Source: a virus (taxonomy: Duplodnaviria > Caudoviricetes). Taken from it: DNA of 28,199 bases. The DNA is taken from positions 1 to 28,199 of the IMG/VR virus record IMGVR_UViG_3300031787_000653. One strand, given 5' to 3'. The notes below the pieces were generated by a model that was given only the letters and a program-made list of their open reading frames with translations, was not told where the DNA came from and searched no databases. A program made the translations under genes and the position numbers. The first letter of the stretch is position 1. Each line of letters opens with the position of its first letter. Positions 1 through 8,734 of the stretch are shown here, piece after piece.

Positions 1-1320
1 GGGTTGTCTGCACCAGCAGATTGGCCAACGTCTCAGCGCTGGACCCCGTGACGGTGTAGGCCCCTGAGGTTGTCTGCGCCAGCAGGTCGACCAAGGTTGT
101 CGCGCTCGACCCTGTGACGCTGTAGCTGCCTGGGGTTGTCTGCGCCAGCAGATCGGCCAAGGTCGTCGCGCTGGAGCCCGTGACGGTGTAAGACCCTGGG
201 GTTGTCTGCACCAGCAGATTGGCCAACGTCTCAGCGCTGGACCCCGTGACGGTGTAGGCCCCTGAGGTTGTCTGCGCCAGCAGGTCGACCAAGGTTGTCG
301 CGCTCGACCCTGTGACGCTGTAGCTACCTGGGGTTGTCTGCACCAGCAGGTCGACCGAGGTCGTCGCGCTGGATCCGGTGACGCTGTAATTGCCCGGGGT
401 CGTCTCGACGAGCAGGTCGACCAAGGTTGTCGCGCTCGACCCTGTGACGCTGTAGCTGCCTGGGGTTGTGTCGAGCGGAAACGCGCGCGAGGTGTCGGCG
501 CTGGAGCCTGTGACGGCGTAAGACCCTGGGGTTGTCTGCCCCAGCAGATCGGCCAACGTCTCAGCGCTGGACCCCGTGACGGTGTAGGACCCTGGGGTCG
601 TCGTGATCTCGGAACTGGTGCCGACGGTAAGCTCCGCGCTTGATCCCGTGACGCTGTAGCTGCCGCCGGTCGTTGCCGCCAGCAGGTCGGCCAAGGTTTG
701 AGCGCTGGACCCGTCGACGCTGTAATTGCCCGGGGTCGTGTCGAGCGGGTATTCGCGCAGCGTCTCGGCGCTGGACCCGGTGACGTTGTAGCTGCCAGCA
801 GTGGTCGCCGCCAGCAGATCGGACAACGCCCCAGCGCTGGACCCGGTGACGCTGTAGCTACCGGCGGTGGTCTGCACCAGCAGCTCTACCAGCGTCTGCG
901 CGCTGGCGCCCGTGACGTTGTAGCTGCCTGGTGTCGTGGAGACCAACAGGTCGGCCAAGGTCGTCGCGCTGGACCCTGTGACGCTGTAGCTGCCGGCCGA
1001 GGTCGAGACTAGAAACTCAGGGAAGACCTCGGCGCTGGCGCCCGTGACGCTGTAGCTGCCGGAGGTGGTCGCAGCCAGTAGATCGGCCAGCGTTTGTGCG
1101 CTTGCGCCCGTGACGCTGTAGCTGCCGGGCGTCGTGCCGAGAAGCGCATCGACTAAGGTCGTGGCGCTGGACCCCGTGACGCTGTAGCTGCCCGGGGTCG
1201 TGGTGACTAGCAGGTCGACCAGCGTCGTCGCGCTTGATCCAGTGACGCTGTAGCTGCCCGGCGTAGTGGCGACGAGCAGATCGGCCAGCGTCGTCGCGCT
1301 TAATCCGGTGACAACGAACC
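1..1320. repeat. Coding tandem repeat, 66-bp unit, about 20 copies (one 72-bp unit near 600-640)
   Basis: GTTGTCTG recurs at 3, 69, 135 and 201. Positions 1-143 match 199-341 with one mismatch. Confidence 0.95.
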
Positions 1321-1507
1321 CGCGCGGGAAAACGTCGAGGAGGCTGTTGTTGTAATCGAACGTCTCGTCGACGGACTCGGTGATCAACCCCCAGTCGTAG
1401 AAGCCGGAGACAACCGAGGCGACCGAGCCGTAGTCCCGGTCCTCCAAAAGGTACGGCCCCGTGACGGCATAACCGCCCGGGACCGTTTGGAGATCGTAAG
1501 CCGCCAT
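1..1507 (-). CDS. Virion-associated 22-aa tandem-repeat protein (partial, runs off the window; absent from the ORF track)
   Basis: Manual translation from ATG at 1507: MAAYDLQTVPGGYAVTGPYLLEDRDYG..., then about 20 repeats of TTPGSYSVTGSSATTLVDLLVx; frame is open to position 2. Confidence 0.9.
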   Translation of the reverse strand, partial: MAAYDLQTVPGGYAVTGPYLLEDRDYGSVASVVSGFYDWGLITESVDETFDYNNSLLDVFPRGFVVTGLSATTLADLLVATTPGSYSVTGSSATTLVDLLVTTTPGSYSVTGSSATTLVDALLGTTPGSYSVTGASAQTLADLLAATTSGSYSVTGASAEVFPEFLVSTSAGSYSVTGSSATTLADLLVSTTPGSYNVTGASAQTLVELLVQTTAGSYSVTGSSAGALSDLLAATTAGSYNVTGSSAETLREYPLDTTPGNYSVDGSSAQTLADLLAATTGGSYSVTGSSAELTVGTSSEITTTPGSYTVTGSSAETLADLLGQTTPGSYAVTGSSADTSRAFPLDTTPGSYSVTGSSATTLVDLLVETTPGNYSVTGSSATTSVDLLVQTTPGSYSVTGSSATTLVDLLAQTTSGAYTVTGSSAETLANLLVQTTPGSYTVTGSSATTLADLLAQTTPGSYSVTGSSATTLVDLLAQTTSGAYTVTGSSAETLANLLVQTT

Positions 1508-1540
1508 TGATCAGTACCCCAGGCGGCCCTGGGCGAGAGC

Positions 1541-1981
1541 TTAGACCAGCGTAAAGATGGTGCCGGGGGTGGTGTTGTTGAACTTCACCGTGAACGTCTC
1601 GCCCGCGGTCAGCGTGATCGAGCTGCCGTAGTCGAACCAAGCGATGGCTGCATCAGCGGGCGAGGTGGCGGTGTCGTTGTAGAGCACCGCGTAGCGGAAC
1701 GGGCCCAGGTTGCCGCCGGCCGCCGTGAAGACCACCTGAGTGCCCGACACCGTGGTGGTGCCGGTCGTCTCGCTGATGGAGACGGTGGTCGCGGTGCCGC
1801 CTGCGGTGTAGCCGTTGGCCGCCGCCGGTGCCGGGTGGTCGGTGGTGTTCCAGGTCGTCTGGGTGGCCACCGGGGCGGTGTTGGTCAGCGCGATCTTGAA
1901 CGTGTGCGCGTCCCAGTCGTGCACACCTCGGATGAGCTGCTCGCTGAAGTCCTGGAACTTGTTGTAGGCGGAGGTGGCCAT
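1541..1981 (-). CDS. Small beta-rich virion structural or fibre subunit (146 aa)
   Basis: Thr/Ala/Gly-rich with FKIAL..GYTAGG..FRYAVLYNDT motifs typical of phage accessory fibre subunits; SD AAAGG upstream. Confidence 0.7.
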   Translation of the reverse strand: MATSAYNKFQDFSEQLIRGVHDWDAHTFKIALTNTAPVATQTTWNTTDHPAPAAANGYTAGGTATTVSISETTGTTTVSGTQVVFTAAGGNLGPFRYAVLYNDTATSPADAAIAWFDYGSSITLTAGETFTVKFNNTTPGTIFTLV

Positions 1982-1996
1982 GGTGTGTGCCTTTCT

Positions 1997-2686
1997 TTAC
2001 GGGAGCGTCTTGTTCCAGACGGCGTTGGCGATGTTCTCCAAGATGCCGTCCATGATTGCGGGGTTGGCGACGCCAGGGTGCGACGACACCAGCGGGTGAG
2101 CCCCCGAGCGGAGCACCACGTTGCTGGTGTCCTGGCTCGAGTTGGCGTCGTTGACCGCGGCCTGGCGCAGAGCTTCGGTGCCCCGCTGCCGCCAGGCGTC
2201 GCCGATCTTGATGCCTTCCATGCCCTTGACGATGGGCCCGGCCAGGTAGCTGGCCAGCAGGAACCCGAGGCCTGTGGTGAAGTCCGCGGGGTACTTGGTG
2301 GTGTCGGTGACGTCGCGCGTGTACAGCAGCGTCGCGCCTTCCTGGTTGGTGTAGATCGCGTCGCCCTCGACCTCGTAGTCGGAGCCGATGGGCCCGGGGT
2401 AGCCGAGGCTTGTGCTCGGCATCACCCGTCGCGGGCGCAGACAGTCGGCGGGGAGCTGGTACTTGTAGAGCCACTGGCTGGTGTCGTTCAGCAGCTCGGC
2501 CAGGTCGATGCGCTTGCGAGCGAACGACCAGTCGTGCGAGGCCAGGGCCGCGCGTCGGGCGATCGGCAGGAACCTGGCGCAATGCCCCGACTCGACGCTG
2601 CCGTCGGTGGGCGACAGCGAGACCACCACCGCCTCGGCGCCGATGTGGCTCAATGCGATGTTGGCGATGTCGACGTTGCTGGCCAT
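1997..2686 (-). CDS. Head-tail adaptor / tail tubular protein A (T7 gp11-like)
   Basis: N-terminal DIANIALSHIG, plus HDWSFA and YQLPADCLR motifs; position in the podovirus structural operon. Confidence 0.85.
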   Translation of the reverse strand: MASNVDIANIALSHIGAEAVVVSLSPTDGSVESGHCARFLPIARRAALASHDWSFARKRIDLAELLNDTSQWLYKYQLPADCLRPRRVMPSTSLGYPGPIGSDYEVEGDAIYTNQEGATLLYTRDVTDTTKYPADFTTGLGFLLASYLAGPIVKGMEGIKIGDAWRQRGTEALRQAAVNDANSSQDTSNVVLRSGAHPLVSSHPGVANPAIMDGILENIANAVWNKTLP

Positions 2687-2692
2687 GGTGGG

Positions 2693-2724
2693 ACTCTACG
2701 GGGCGGGGGCGAATCGACGGACAC
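2693..2724 (-). promoter_or_regulatory. Putative late promoter GTGTCCGT-N18-TAGAGT, 6 nt before the adaptor ATG
   Basis: One of four copies with identical octamer and 18-nt spacing. Confidence 0.75.
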
Positions 2725-2844
2725 TCAGCGGCGGTTGCGCGTGCGGATGTGCATGAGCCAGTTGATGGCCGTGCCCAGACCTTGGACGACGAACCCCCAC
2801 CACTTCCCCGATGAGTTGCCGCGGTAGCGGCCGAAGTAGCTCAC
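2725..2844 (-). CDS. Small basic/aromatic protein, 39 aa (MSYFGRYRGNSSGKWWGFVVQGLGTAINWLMHIRTRNRR)
   Basis: GTG start overlaps the upstream stop (GTGA) and the ORF fills the gap exactly; below the ORF-track cutoff. Confidence 0.65.
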   Translation of the reverse strand: MSYFGRYRGNSSGKWWGFVVQGLGTAINWLMHIRTRNRR

Positions 2845-3692
2845 GACGGGTCAACGGATGTGACGGTGCGCGCGCCCGAGCTGTAGGTGGCTTCCACCCG
2901 GTCGACGGTGCCGTCTTGGGACTTGAAGACCATGGTCGAACCCTCGAGGCCGGTGGCGTCGCCCGCGTTGACGGCCAGCAGGATGCGCAGCACGTCGCGC
3001 AGCGTGAGGCCGCCCTCCACGGTGCCCAGCAGCGGGTCAGCCGCGGCGCCTGCGCTGTTGAGCAGCTCGCCCATGGATCCGGGGGTGTTGTAGGCGCTGG
3101 CCAGGGCTTCCCAGACTGCTGCCGACAGGGACTGCGGGCTCAGCTCGGTGAAGGGCGTGATGTCGCCCGACAGGTTGCCCGTGGCGCGGATGTTGGCGCT
3201 GGCCGACACCTGCACCAGCGCAGCGCCCACGGCGTCGACGATGGCACCGAGCGTGGCGTTGTTGACCGTGAACGAGAAGGACGTACTGCCCGCAACCGAC
3301 AGGGCGCCGGCCAGGTTGGCGGCCAGGTCGAACGTGATGGAAGCGTTGCCAACTGCCGAGACGATGAGCTGGCCATCGGCCGGGTTGACGGTGATCGTGA
3401 CCGTCGTGTCGCCGCTGATGTTGACGCCCGCCGCGAGGTTCAGCGCACCTGGCGTGACCGTCACCACGCACTGCGTGAACGACGACATTGCCCCCGGCTT
3501 GTACGGCAGCACCCACGACGATGGAGCCAAATGCCCGCTGGGGATGCCTGCCAGCTTGGACGGGATGCCCTCCCCCACGGACTGGTTCATCCTGTCCGAA
3601 CGCCCCCACATGGAACGAAAAGTTCCAGGCGAGCCGCCGATCTGGCGCAGGGGTAGCTGCGCCAGGAGCGTGGTGTTCTGCTTCAGTGCCAT
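2841..3692 (-). CDS. Accessory virion protein (283 aa) with degenerate ~20-aa beta repeats
   Basis: Operon context; Ala/Gly/Thr/Val-rich periodic middle section; LSAAVW motif. Confidence 0.75.
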   Translation of the reverse strand: MALKQNTTLLAQLPLRQIGGSPGTFRSMWGRSDRMNQSVGEGIPSKLAGIPSGHLAPSSWVLPYKPGAMSSFTQCVVTVTPGALNLAAGVNISGDTTVTITVNPADGQLIVSAVGNASITFDLAANLAGALSVAGSTSFSFTVNNATLGAIVDAVGAALVQVSASANIRATGNLSGDITPFTELSPQSLSAAVWEALASAYNTPGSMGELLNSAGAAADPLLGTVEGGLTLRDVLRILLAVNAGDATGLEGSTMVFKSQDGTVDRVEATYSSGARTVTSVDPS

Positions 3693-3700
3693 GAGCCTGA

Positions 3701-4579
3701 TCAGCCCCAGCCGACCTCAACGCCGCCGTAGAAGTTCGTGTTTGCCGCCGTGGCCGCGCCCGCGAAGTAGAGCCACACCAGACACGCGCCGTCCATCACC
3801 CGAGGAAGGCTCGGCAGTTGGTTGACCAAATCCCGCTCGGCAGCAACGGACACGGTGGTCAGCGGCAGCGTCAGCAGCGGGCGGGCAAGGCACAGCGCAC
3901 CGGTGCCGGTGTTGGCCGCGCTGAAGGTGACAGACGCCACGTTGGACACGCCGGTGTCACCCGATGCCAGGGGCAGGAAGGGGCCGTAGTTGTTGGCCGC
4001 CGTGCCGCTGTGGCTGATGTGCCCCACGATGCCGGAAGCCGTCATGGCGACCGTGACCGGAAGCGTCCTGCCCGAAGTCGGCACCGTGTTGCTGTAGCTC
4101 AGCGCGATGTTCTGCGCCGTGCCACCCGCTGCAGCCGTCTGCACCCAGAACAGCCTGCACCCGGCCCCGTTGGCGTAGCGCAGGCTGGGCGTGCCCGTGA
4201 GCGTCTGCGCCACGGCGCTGTTGTTGCTGATGCCGGGCCAGTAGCCCTGCAAGTCCACCAGCATCAACTGCCCTGGCACACCCGTGGCCACAGAAGTGAG
4301 CGCCGAGACGTTCAGAACGTGCTTGGTGTCAGGCGAGACGTTGCCGGCATGCGGCAGGCCGAAAATCTGCGTGCCGTTGCCGGTGGCCTCATCGCAAGTG
4401 CGCCACGCCAGCGCAGTTCCGGCCCAGGCGTTGGCCACAGGCGTGCCGGCCAAACCGCTGAAGTCATACCACCGTCCCGCCGTGTAGGCTGCAGCGCCCG
4501 TGAGTTTGTTCCAGTCGGCGCGGTTGAACTTGCCGCTTGTGATCTCGTTGACGAGATCGTCCATTGAACTGAATGGCAT
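3701..4579 (-). CDS. Uncharacterised beta-rich accessory virion protein (292 aa), paralog of 4589-5452
   Basis: Shares MPFxS start, GPFxPLAxGDxGV, LAxPL and LPRxxDGA motifs with its neighbour. Confidence 0.8.
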   Translation of the reverse strand: MPFSSMDDLVNEITSGKFNRADWNKLTGAAAYTAGRWYDFSGLAGTPVANAWAGTALAWRTCDEATGNGTQIFGLPHAGNVSPDTKHVLNVSALTSVATGVPGQLMLVDLQGYWPGISNNSAVAQTLTGTPSLRYANGAGCRLFWVQTAAAGGTAQNIALSYSNTVPTSGRTLPVTVAMTASGIVGHISHSGTAANNYGPFLPLASGDTGVSNVASVTFSAANTGTGALCLARPLLTLPLTTVSVAAERDLVNQLPSLPRVMDGACLVWLYFAGAATAANTNFYGGVEVGWG

Positions 4580-4588
4580 GGTGATTCC

Positions 4589-5452
4589 TTACGGTGTCCA
4601 GATGAATTGCGCCTGCCCCACCATCGGCAACAAGGCGCTTGTATTGGTGGACAGGTTGTAGATGTAGTTGAGAAACGCGCCGTCCAAAATGCGCGGCAAC
4701 GCCGCCTGTTCGCGTAAGAAGTTCTTCTCGACAGTTGACGACAACTCGTTGGCGGACATCGTGAACAGCGGCTTGGCCAACAGCATCACGCCGAACCCGC
4801 CCACGCCTGCCGCAAGCTGCACAGACTGCACAGACCGCACGCCTCGGTCACCATCGGCCAGCGGGAAGAACGGCCCTGCAGAGCCCCCGGAGGTGCTGAT
4901 CATGTTGGGTCCAATGACACCAATGCCGCCCGAGGCTCTGTACGCTGTCGTAATGGTCTTGGCAACGCCGTCTTGGTTGGTGTAGTTGATGGTGATGTTC
5001 GTGGCAGCGCTTGTTCCGGGCGTCTGCATCATCATCATCATCCGCACACCCTCGCCGTCTGTGTATCGCGGCAAGGTCACATCGTTGGTCAAGTCTTGCG
5101 GGTCAGTGCTGTCCAGGTCGATGTACGGGTAAAACAGCAGGTAGTCCAAAAAGTACACCGAGGCCAGAAAGCCCCCGGTGCCGCCATGCGTCAACGACAT
5201 GCTGAGCAGATACCGCTCCGTGCTGATGCCAGGGCCGACATAGATGCTGTTGTTGCGCTGGCCGATAAGTTGCGTGGCCTCCAGCGCCAAGCCGAGGTAT
5301 GCGTTGTAGGACGGGATGCCGGTGCCGACGCTGAAATCACCAAGCGCGTTGGTCCCGAAACCGCCGTAAACCGATGTGCGGATGAAATGCTGGATGTGAT
5401 GCCGCCCTTGCTCGACGGCAGCAGCCACCTCGGCAACGGACCTAAACGGCAT
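4589..5452 (-). CDS. Uncharacterised beta-rich accessory virion protein (287 aa), paralog of 3701-4579
   Basis: Same shared motifs; tightly packed in the operon. Confidence 0.8.
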   Translation of the reverse strand: MPFRSVAEVAAAVEQGRHHIQHFIRTSVYGGFGTNALGDFSVGTGIPSYNAYLGLALEATQLIGQRNNSIYVGPGISTERYLLSMSLTHGGTGGFLASVYFLDYLLFYPYIDLDSTDPQDLTNDVTLPRYTDGEGVRMMMMMQTPGTSAATNITINYTNQDGVAKTITTAYRASGGIGVIGPNMISTSGGSAGPFFPLADGDRGVRSVQSVQLAAGVGGFGVMLLAKPLFTMSANELSSTVEKNFLREQAALPRILDGAFLNYIYNLSTNTSALLPMVGQAQFIWTP

Positions 5453-5588
5453 CAGTGTTCTCCAGCGGTATCCACTCCACTTCGTCAGGCGACCACTCCA
5501 CGCCCCCGTCAGGATGCTCCGAGCAGGCCGACAGCTCGGTGTCGGTCAGCGTCAGCAGTTCCCGGCAGTGGGCGCAGCGGTACACCAC
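5442..5588 (-). CDS. Small acidic putative zinc-binding protein (48 aa; CAHC...CSEH)
   Basis: GTG start immediately after the upstream stop; CxxC and CxxH pairs. Confidence 0.55.
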   Translation of the reverse strand: MVYRCAHCRELLTLTDTELSACSEHPDGGVEWSPDEVEWIPLENTDAV

Positions 5589-5589
5589 A

Positions 5590-6030
5590 TCAGTCCACCG
5601 TGGCCGTGAGCGCACCGGCCGCAAACTGCGGCTGAATGCCGTTGCTGATGGACAGGCTGGCGTTGAGCGCACCTTTCAGCAGCAGGTTGCCCGCGCCTGT
5701 GCTGTCCGTGCCGATGCCGAAGTGCGTGGCCGTGGCGGTGCCGCCCGTGCACTGGCCGAACTGCACCAGGGCGGTGTTGGCCACGGTGGACACAGTGCGC
5801 GTGAAGCCACCGGCCGTGCGCGCCACCGCCACGCGGGCGTATCCGGTGTAGGCCACCTCGCTGGTGGTCTGGGTGCCGCTTTCGCCGGGGTCAGCCGTGT
5901 GCAGGCTGATGTAGAACGAGCCTGCGGCGGCGCTGTTCTGCAGGCCGGCAGCGTCGCCGATGTTGGCCCAATCGACGTTCAGGAACAGGAGGTCAAGGAG
6001 TGCCGCTTCGGCGGCGTTGGTCATGGACAT
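5590..6030 (-). CDS. Small beta-rich virion fibre subunit (146 aa)
   Basis: YISLHTADPGE..EVAYTGYARVAV..THFGIG motifs of a widespread phage fibre-subunit family; SD AGGAG before the ATG at 6030. Confidence 0.8.
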   Translation of the reverse strand: MSMTNAAEAALLDLLFLNVDWANIGDAAGLQNSAAAGSFYISLHTADPGESGTQTTSEVAYTGYARVAVARTAGGFTRTVSTVANTALVQFGQCTGGTATATHFGIGTDSTGAGNLLLKGALNASLSISNGIQPQFAAGALTATVD

Positions 6031-6040
6031 GGTTGAGCTC

Positions 6041-6397
6041 CTAGATTGATCGCCTACCCGACAGGACAACGCTCAGGTTGGTCGTGCCGTTGCCTCCGAA
6101 CACTCGGGGCTTGATGAAGATGGGAAGCTCGACGATGGCCCGCAGGGCCGCGCTCGTGAGCGTGAGCACGTTGCCCTGAGGATCGGACAGCGCGTGGTAG
6201 GTGATGCCGTCGTTGGAGCCCCCGATGGTGACGGAGGCTCCCCCGAACGTGCCGGCCACCTGGATCGAGCGGTCGGAGTAGACGGCCAGGCGCACCGGTG
6301 CGCCGTCGTCATCGGCGGCCAGCGGTGCCCAGGTCGTGACCGCGACGTCGAGCGAGGTCTCGAACGGGAACGTGGTGACGGGATCGACCGTCGCCAT
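6041..6397 (-). CDS. Hypothetical beta-sandwich virion protein (118 aa)
   Basis: SIQVAGTFGGASVTIGGSNDG motif, common in phage structural accessory proteins. Confidence 0.75.
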   Translation of the reverse strand: MATVDPVTTFPFETSLDVAVTTWAPLAADDDGAPVRLAVYSDRSIQVAGTFGGASVTIGGSNDGITYHALSDPQGNVLTLTSAALRAIVELPIFIKPRVFGGNGTTNLSVVLSGRRSI

Positions 6398-6403
6398 GTC
6401 CCG

Positions 6404-6622
6404 TTACACGATGTCGTTCGCCGACTTGGCCGGGACCTTGGCCATCTCGGACAAGGTCTTCGGTTCAGCGCGAGCGGGTTTCGGTTTCGCAGGGGCAGAG
6501 GCCGGCGAGCCGACCTCCGCCACCCACGAGCCCTTGAAGTCGTCGGGCACCTCGAACTCGGTGCCGGGACGGACACGGGATCCTTGGTAGAACCCCATCG
6601 AGATGGCCACGACTTTCTTCAT
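6404..6622 (-). CDS. Small phage protein (72 aa) following the cement gene
   Basis: Fills the gap; GFYQGSRVRPGTEFEV motif typical at this position in related podophages. Confidence 0.75.
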   Translation of the reverse strand: MKKVVAISMGFYQGSRVRPGTEFEVPDDFKGSWVAEVGSPASAPAKPKPARAEPKTLSEMAKVPAKSANDIV

Positions 6623-6633
6623 GGGCTACCTAC

Positions 6634-7107
6634 TCAGGCCTGGCTCGGAGAGTCGTAGGCCTTCCAGCGAGCCACGTCTTCGGTCAGGAAGGCGTTGATC
6701 TTGCCGGCGTTCAGGGCCGTCGTGCCCGTGATCTGCTGGATGCCCAGGTAGCGCTCGTACACGGCGCCTTCGATCGGGAGCTGGATCGCGAACAGGGTGG
6801 TGCCTGCAGCGATGGCCGTGGCGCCCGTGGTGAACGCGCGAGACACAGCGTGCACCGTCTGGGTGCCGTTGGTCAGCGGAGCGTCCTGGGCGTCAGACAC
6901 CAACTGGAAAGCCACGGTGCCGGCAGAGCCTGCGGTGGTGATGCCGGTGTCGACCGTCACCACCAGGTACAGGGCCATGTCGCCACCGAGGTCCCGGGAG
7001 GGGGACACGGCGCCCAGGTCGATCACGTCGCCCAGGTTGTAGGTGCCGGCAGCGCCGGTGTTGCACGAGACTGCATCGCAGAACTCGGTACGCTTATCGA
7101 GAATCAT
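6634..7107 (-). CDS. Capsid cement/decoration protein (Bbp16-like)
   Basis: MILDK start, VIDLG, RYL and GKINAFL motifs; directly downstream of the major capsid gene; SD AAGGA. Confidence 0.85.
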   Translation of the reverse strand: MILDKRTEFCDAVSCNTGAAGTYNLGDVIDLGAVSPSRDLGGDMALYLVVTVDTGITTAGSAGTVAFQLVSDAQDAPLTNGTQTVHAVSRAFTTGATAIAAGTTLFAIQLPIEGAVYERYLGIQQITGTTALNAGKINAFLTEDVARWKAYDSPSQA

Positions 7108-7137
7108 GGTGTGGTTCCTTTCGATTCAGTGCTGCGA

Positions 7138-8133
7138 TTACTGCACGCGGGTCTCGGTGTTGACCAAGGCGTCGGTGCGGCGCACGGGGATGTCGTCGAA
7201 CGTCATCACGCGCTTGCCGGAGACCGTCTCCCAGGTGAGGTTGGAGCTCACCCGCTCGAGGATGCCCAGGCGCAGCTTCTCGCGCAGCGTGCGGTTCATG
7301 TAGAACACGGCGCGGCCCTTGCCGAAGCTGGGGATGCGCTCGCTCGCCTGCACCATCCAGTTGATCAGGTTCTTGGTGTTGGCGATCGTGCCGAGCTCGG
7401 AGATGTCGATGTTGGCGATGCGCACGAAGTAGCGCCAGTCGCGGATCGTCAGGCCAGCGTCCCAGCGGTAGTGGGTGCGATAACCTTCCATCCGGCCGCC
7501 GTTGCCGTCGACGTTCTCGATCGTCACCTGGCCCTTGTCGGACATCTGCAGGCCAGCCTGCGAGCCCTTCGGGTAGATGCCGAAGCCCGTCTGCGGACCC
7601 CACACGCACAGCCAGATCGACGTCAGGTCACCACCGGAGCCGCTGAAGGCGTCGATGATGTTGTCGGCGTTCTGCGCGGACAGCGAGTTGTAGCGCGGGG
7701 CCAGGCCGGTGAACGCCTCAGGCTCGGTGCCTTCGTTGCCGTAGAACAGCGTCGAGGCGTGCTCCTGGGACATCGACTCGATGTGGGCAGCGTCTTCGCT
7801 CAGGCGGAACGCGGCGGTGTTGCCGTTCAGATCGGCCAGGGCCTTGTCGACCTCGGCGTAGGCTTCCAACATACCGCACGAGTCAGTGACCTGCGCGGTG
7901 GTGCTCTTGCCCGGCTGCACGCCGCCGTACAGCTTGCGCCACGTCGGGGTGGGCAGGCCGGTGCGGACCGTGGTCTTGTTGCCGGTGGGCAGGTTGCCCT
8001 CGACCCAGGCCATGTCGGTCAGAACTTCGTTCGACTGGTTCAGCAGCTCGACGATGGTGTCGATCTTGCCATCGGGATCCAGACGCTTGGAAACGTCCAG
8101 CAGCGTCGGGTTGTTTGCAGCGAGGGTAGTCAT
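7138..8133 (-). CDS. Major capsid protein (BPP-1 Bbp17-like)
   Basis: TLLD..KRLDPDGKI, RTGLP..TWRKLY and CGMLEAYAEVDK motifs; 331 aa. Confidence 0.95.
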   Translation of the reverse strand: MTTLAANNPTLLDVSKRLDPDGKIDTIVELLNQSNEVLTDMAWVEGNLPTGNKTTVRTGLPTPTWRKLYGGVQPGKSTTAQVTDSCGMLEAYAEVDKALADLNGNTAAFRLSEDAAHIESMSQEHASTLFYGNEGTEPEAFTGLAPRYNSLSAQNADNIIDAFSGSGGDLTSIWLCVWGPQTGFGIYPKGSQAGLQMSDKGQVTIENVDGNGGRMEGYRTHYRWDAGLTIRDWRYFVRIANIDISELGTIANTKNLINWMVQASERIPSFGKGRAVFYMNRTLREKLRLGILERVSSNLTWETVSGKRVMTFDDIPVRRTDALVNTETRVQ

Positions 8134-8146
8134 GGTGTGTTGCCTT

Positions 8147-8734
8147 TCAATTCATGGAGGGGAACAGTTTTCGGGCCGGGTCAGCCTCGGCGCCCTTCGG
8201 GCTGCCGGGAATGAAGCGGTCTTCGCTGATGGCCTTGCCGGCTTTGTAGAAGGCTCGGATCACCTCGGGGTGGTTGCCCAACCCGGTGCTGTTCAGCACG
8301 TCCCGAAGCTCAGGCGTGCCGAAGGTGTCGAGCGCCTTCTTGGCCACCGCCAGGTTCTCGGTGAGCTTGTCGCCGCCGATGTCTTTGTCGGCCTTGACCT
8401 GCTCCACCCAGGTCTCCACCAGTTTCGTGTGCGCTTCGGCCTGACGCTGGGCCATCTTGGCCCCGATGTCTGCAACCTTCTGCGCGCCCGCCTGGTCGAG
8501 CTTGAGCTCCTTGGCGATCGCCTTGAACTCGTCAGCAGCGACGCTGTCGAGTTGCACCCCTTCGGGCATCGTGAGCGTGTAGTCCTCGGGGGCCTTGGCC
8601 TCAGGGGCCTTGGTGTCCGCCGCGGGCGTCGTGCTCGCGCTGTCCGCAGCAGGTGCTACGGCTTGTCCATCAATCGGTTTCGGTTCCCCAGCGTCGTTGG
8701 CAGGTGTGCTGGTCACCGCAGTCGAATCATCCAT
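8147..8734 (-). CDS. Capsid scaffolding/assembly protein
   Basis: Ala/Pro-rich N-terminus, APEDY and GLGNHPEVIRAFYKAGKAISED motifs; lies between portal and capsid genes. Confidence 0.85.
   Translation of the reverse strand: MDDSTAVTSTPANDAGEPKPIDGQAVAPAADSASTTPAADTKAPEAKAPEDYTLTMPEGVQLDSVAADEFKAIAKELKLDQAGAQKVADIGAKMAQRQAEAHTKLVETWVEQVKADKDIGGDKLTENLAVAKKALDTFGTPELRDVLNSTGLGNHPEVIRAFYKAGKAISEDRFIPGSPKGAEADPARKLFPSMN

Noticed and set aside
1-1320. CRISPR-like periodic array
   Set aside because: The 66-bp period is an in-frame coding repeat with synonymous variation; there is no constant-repeat/unique-spacer pattern and no cas operon.
698-1640. Track ORFs 698-1012 (+) and 1017-1640 (-)
   Set aside because: Alternate frames of the real repeat gene that starts at 1507.
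3846-3853. Extra GTGTCCGT octamer (another near 6570)
   Set aside because: Both lie inside coding sequence and lack a -10-like hexamer at 18 nt.
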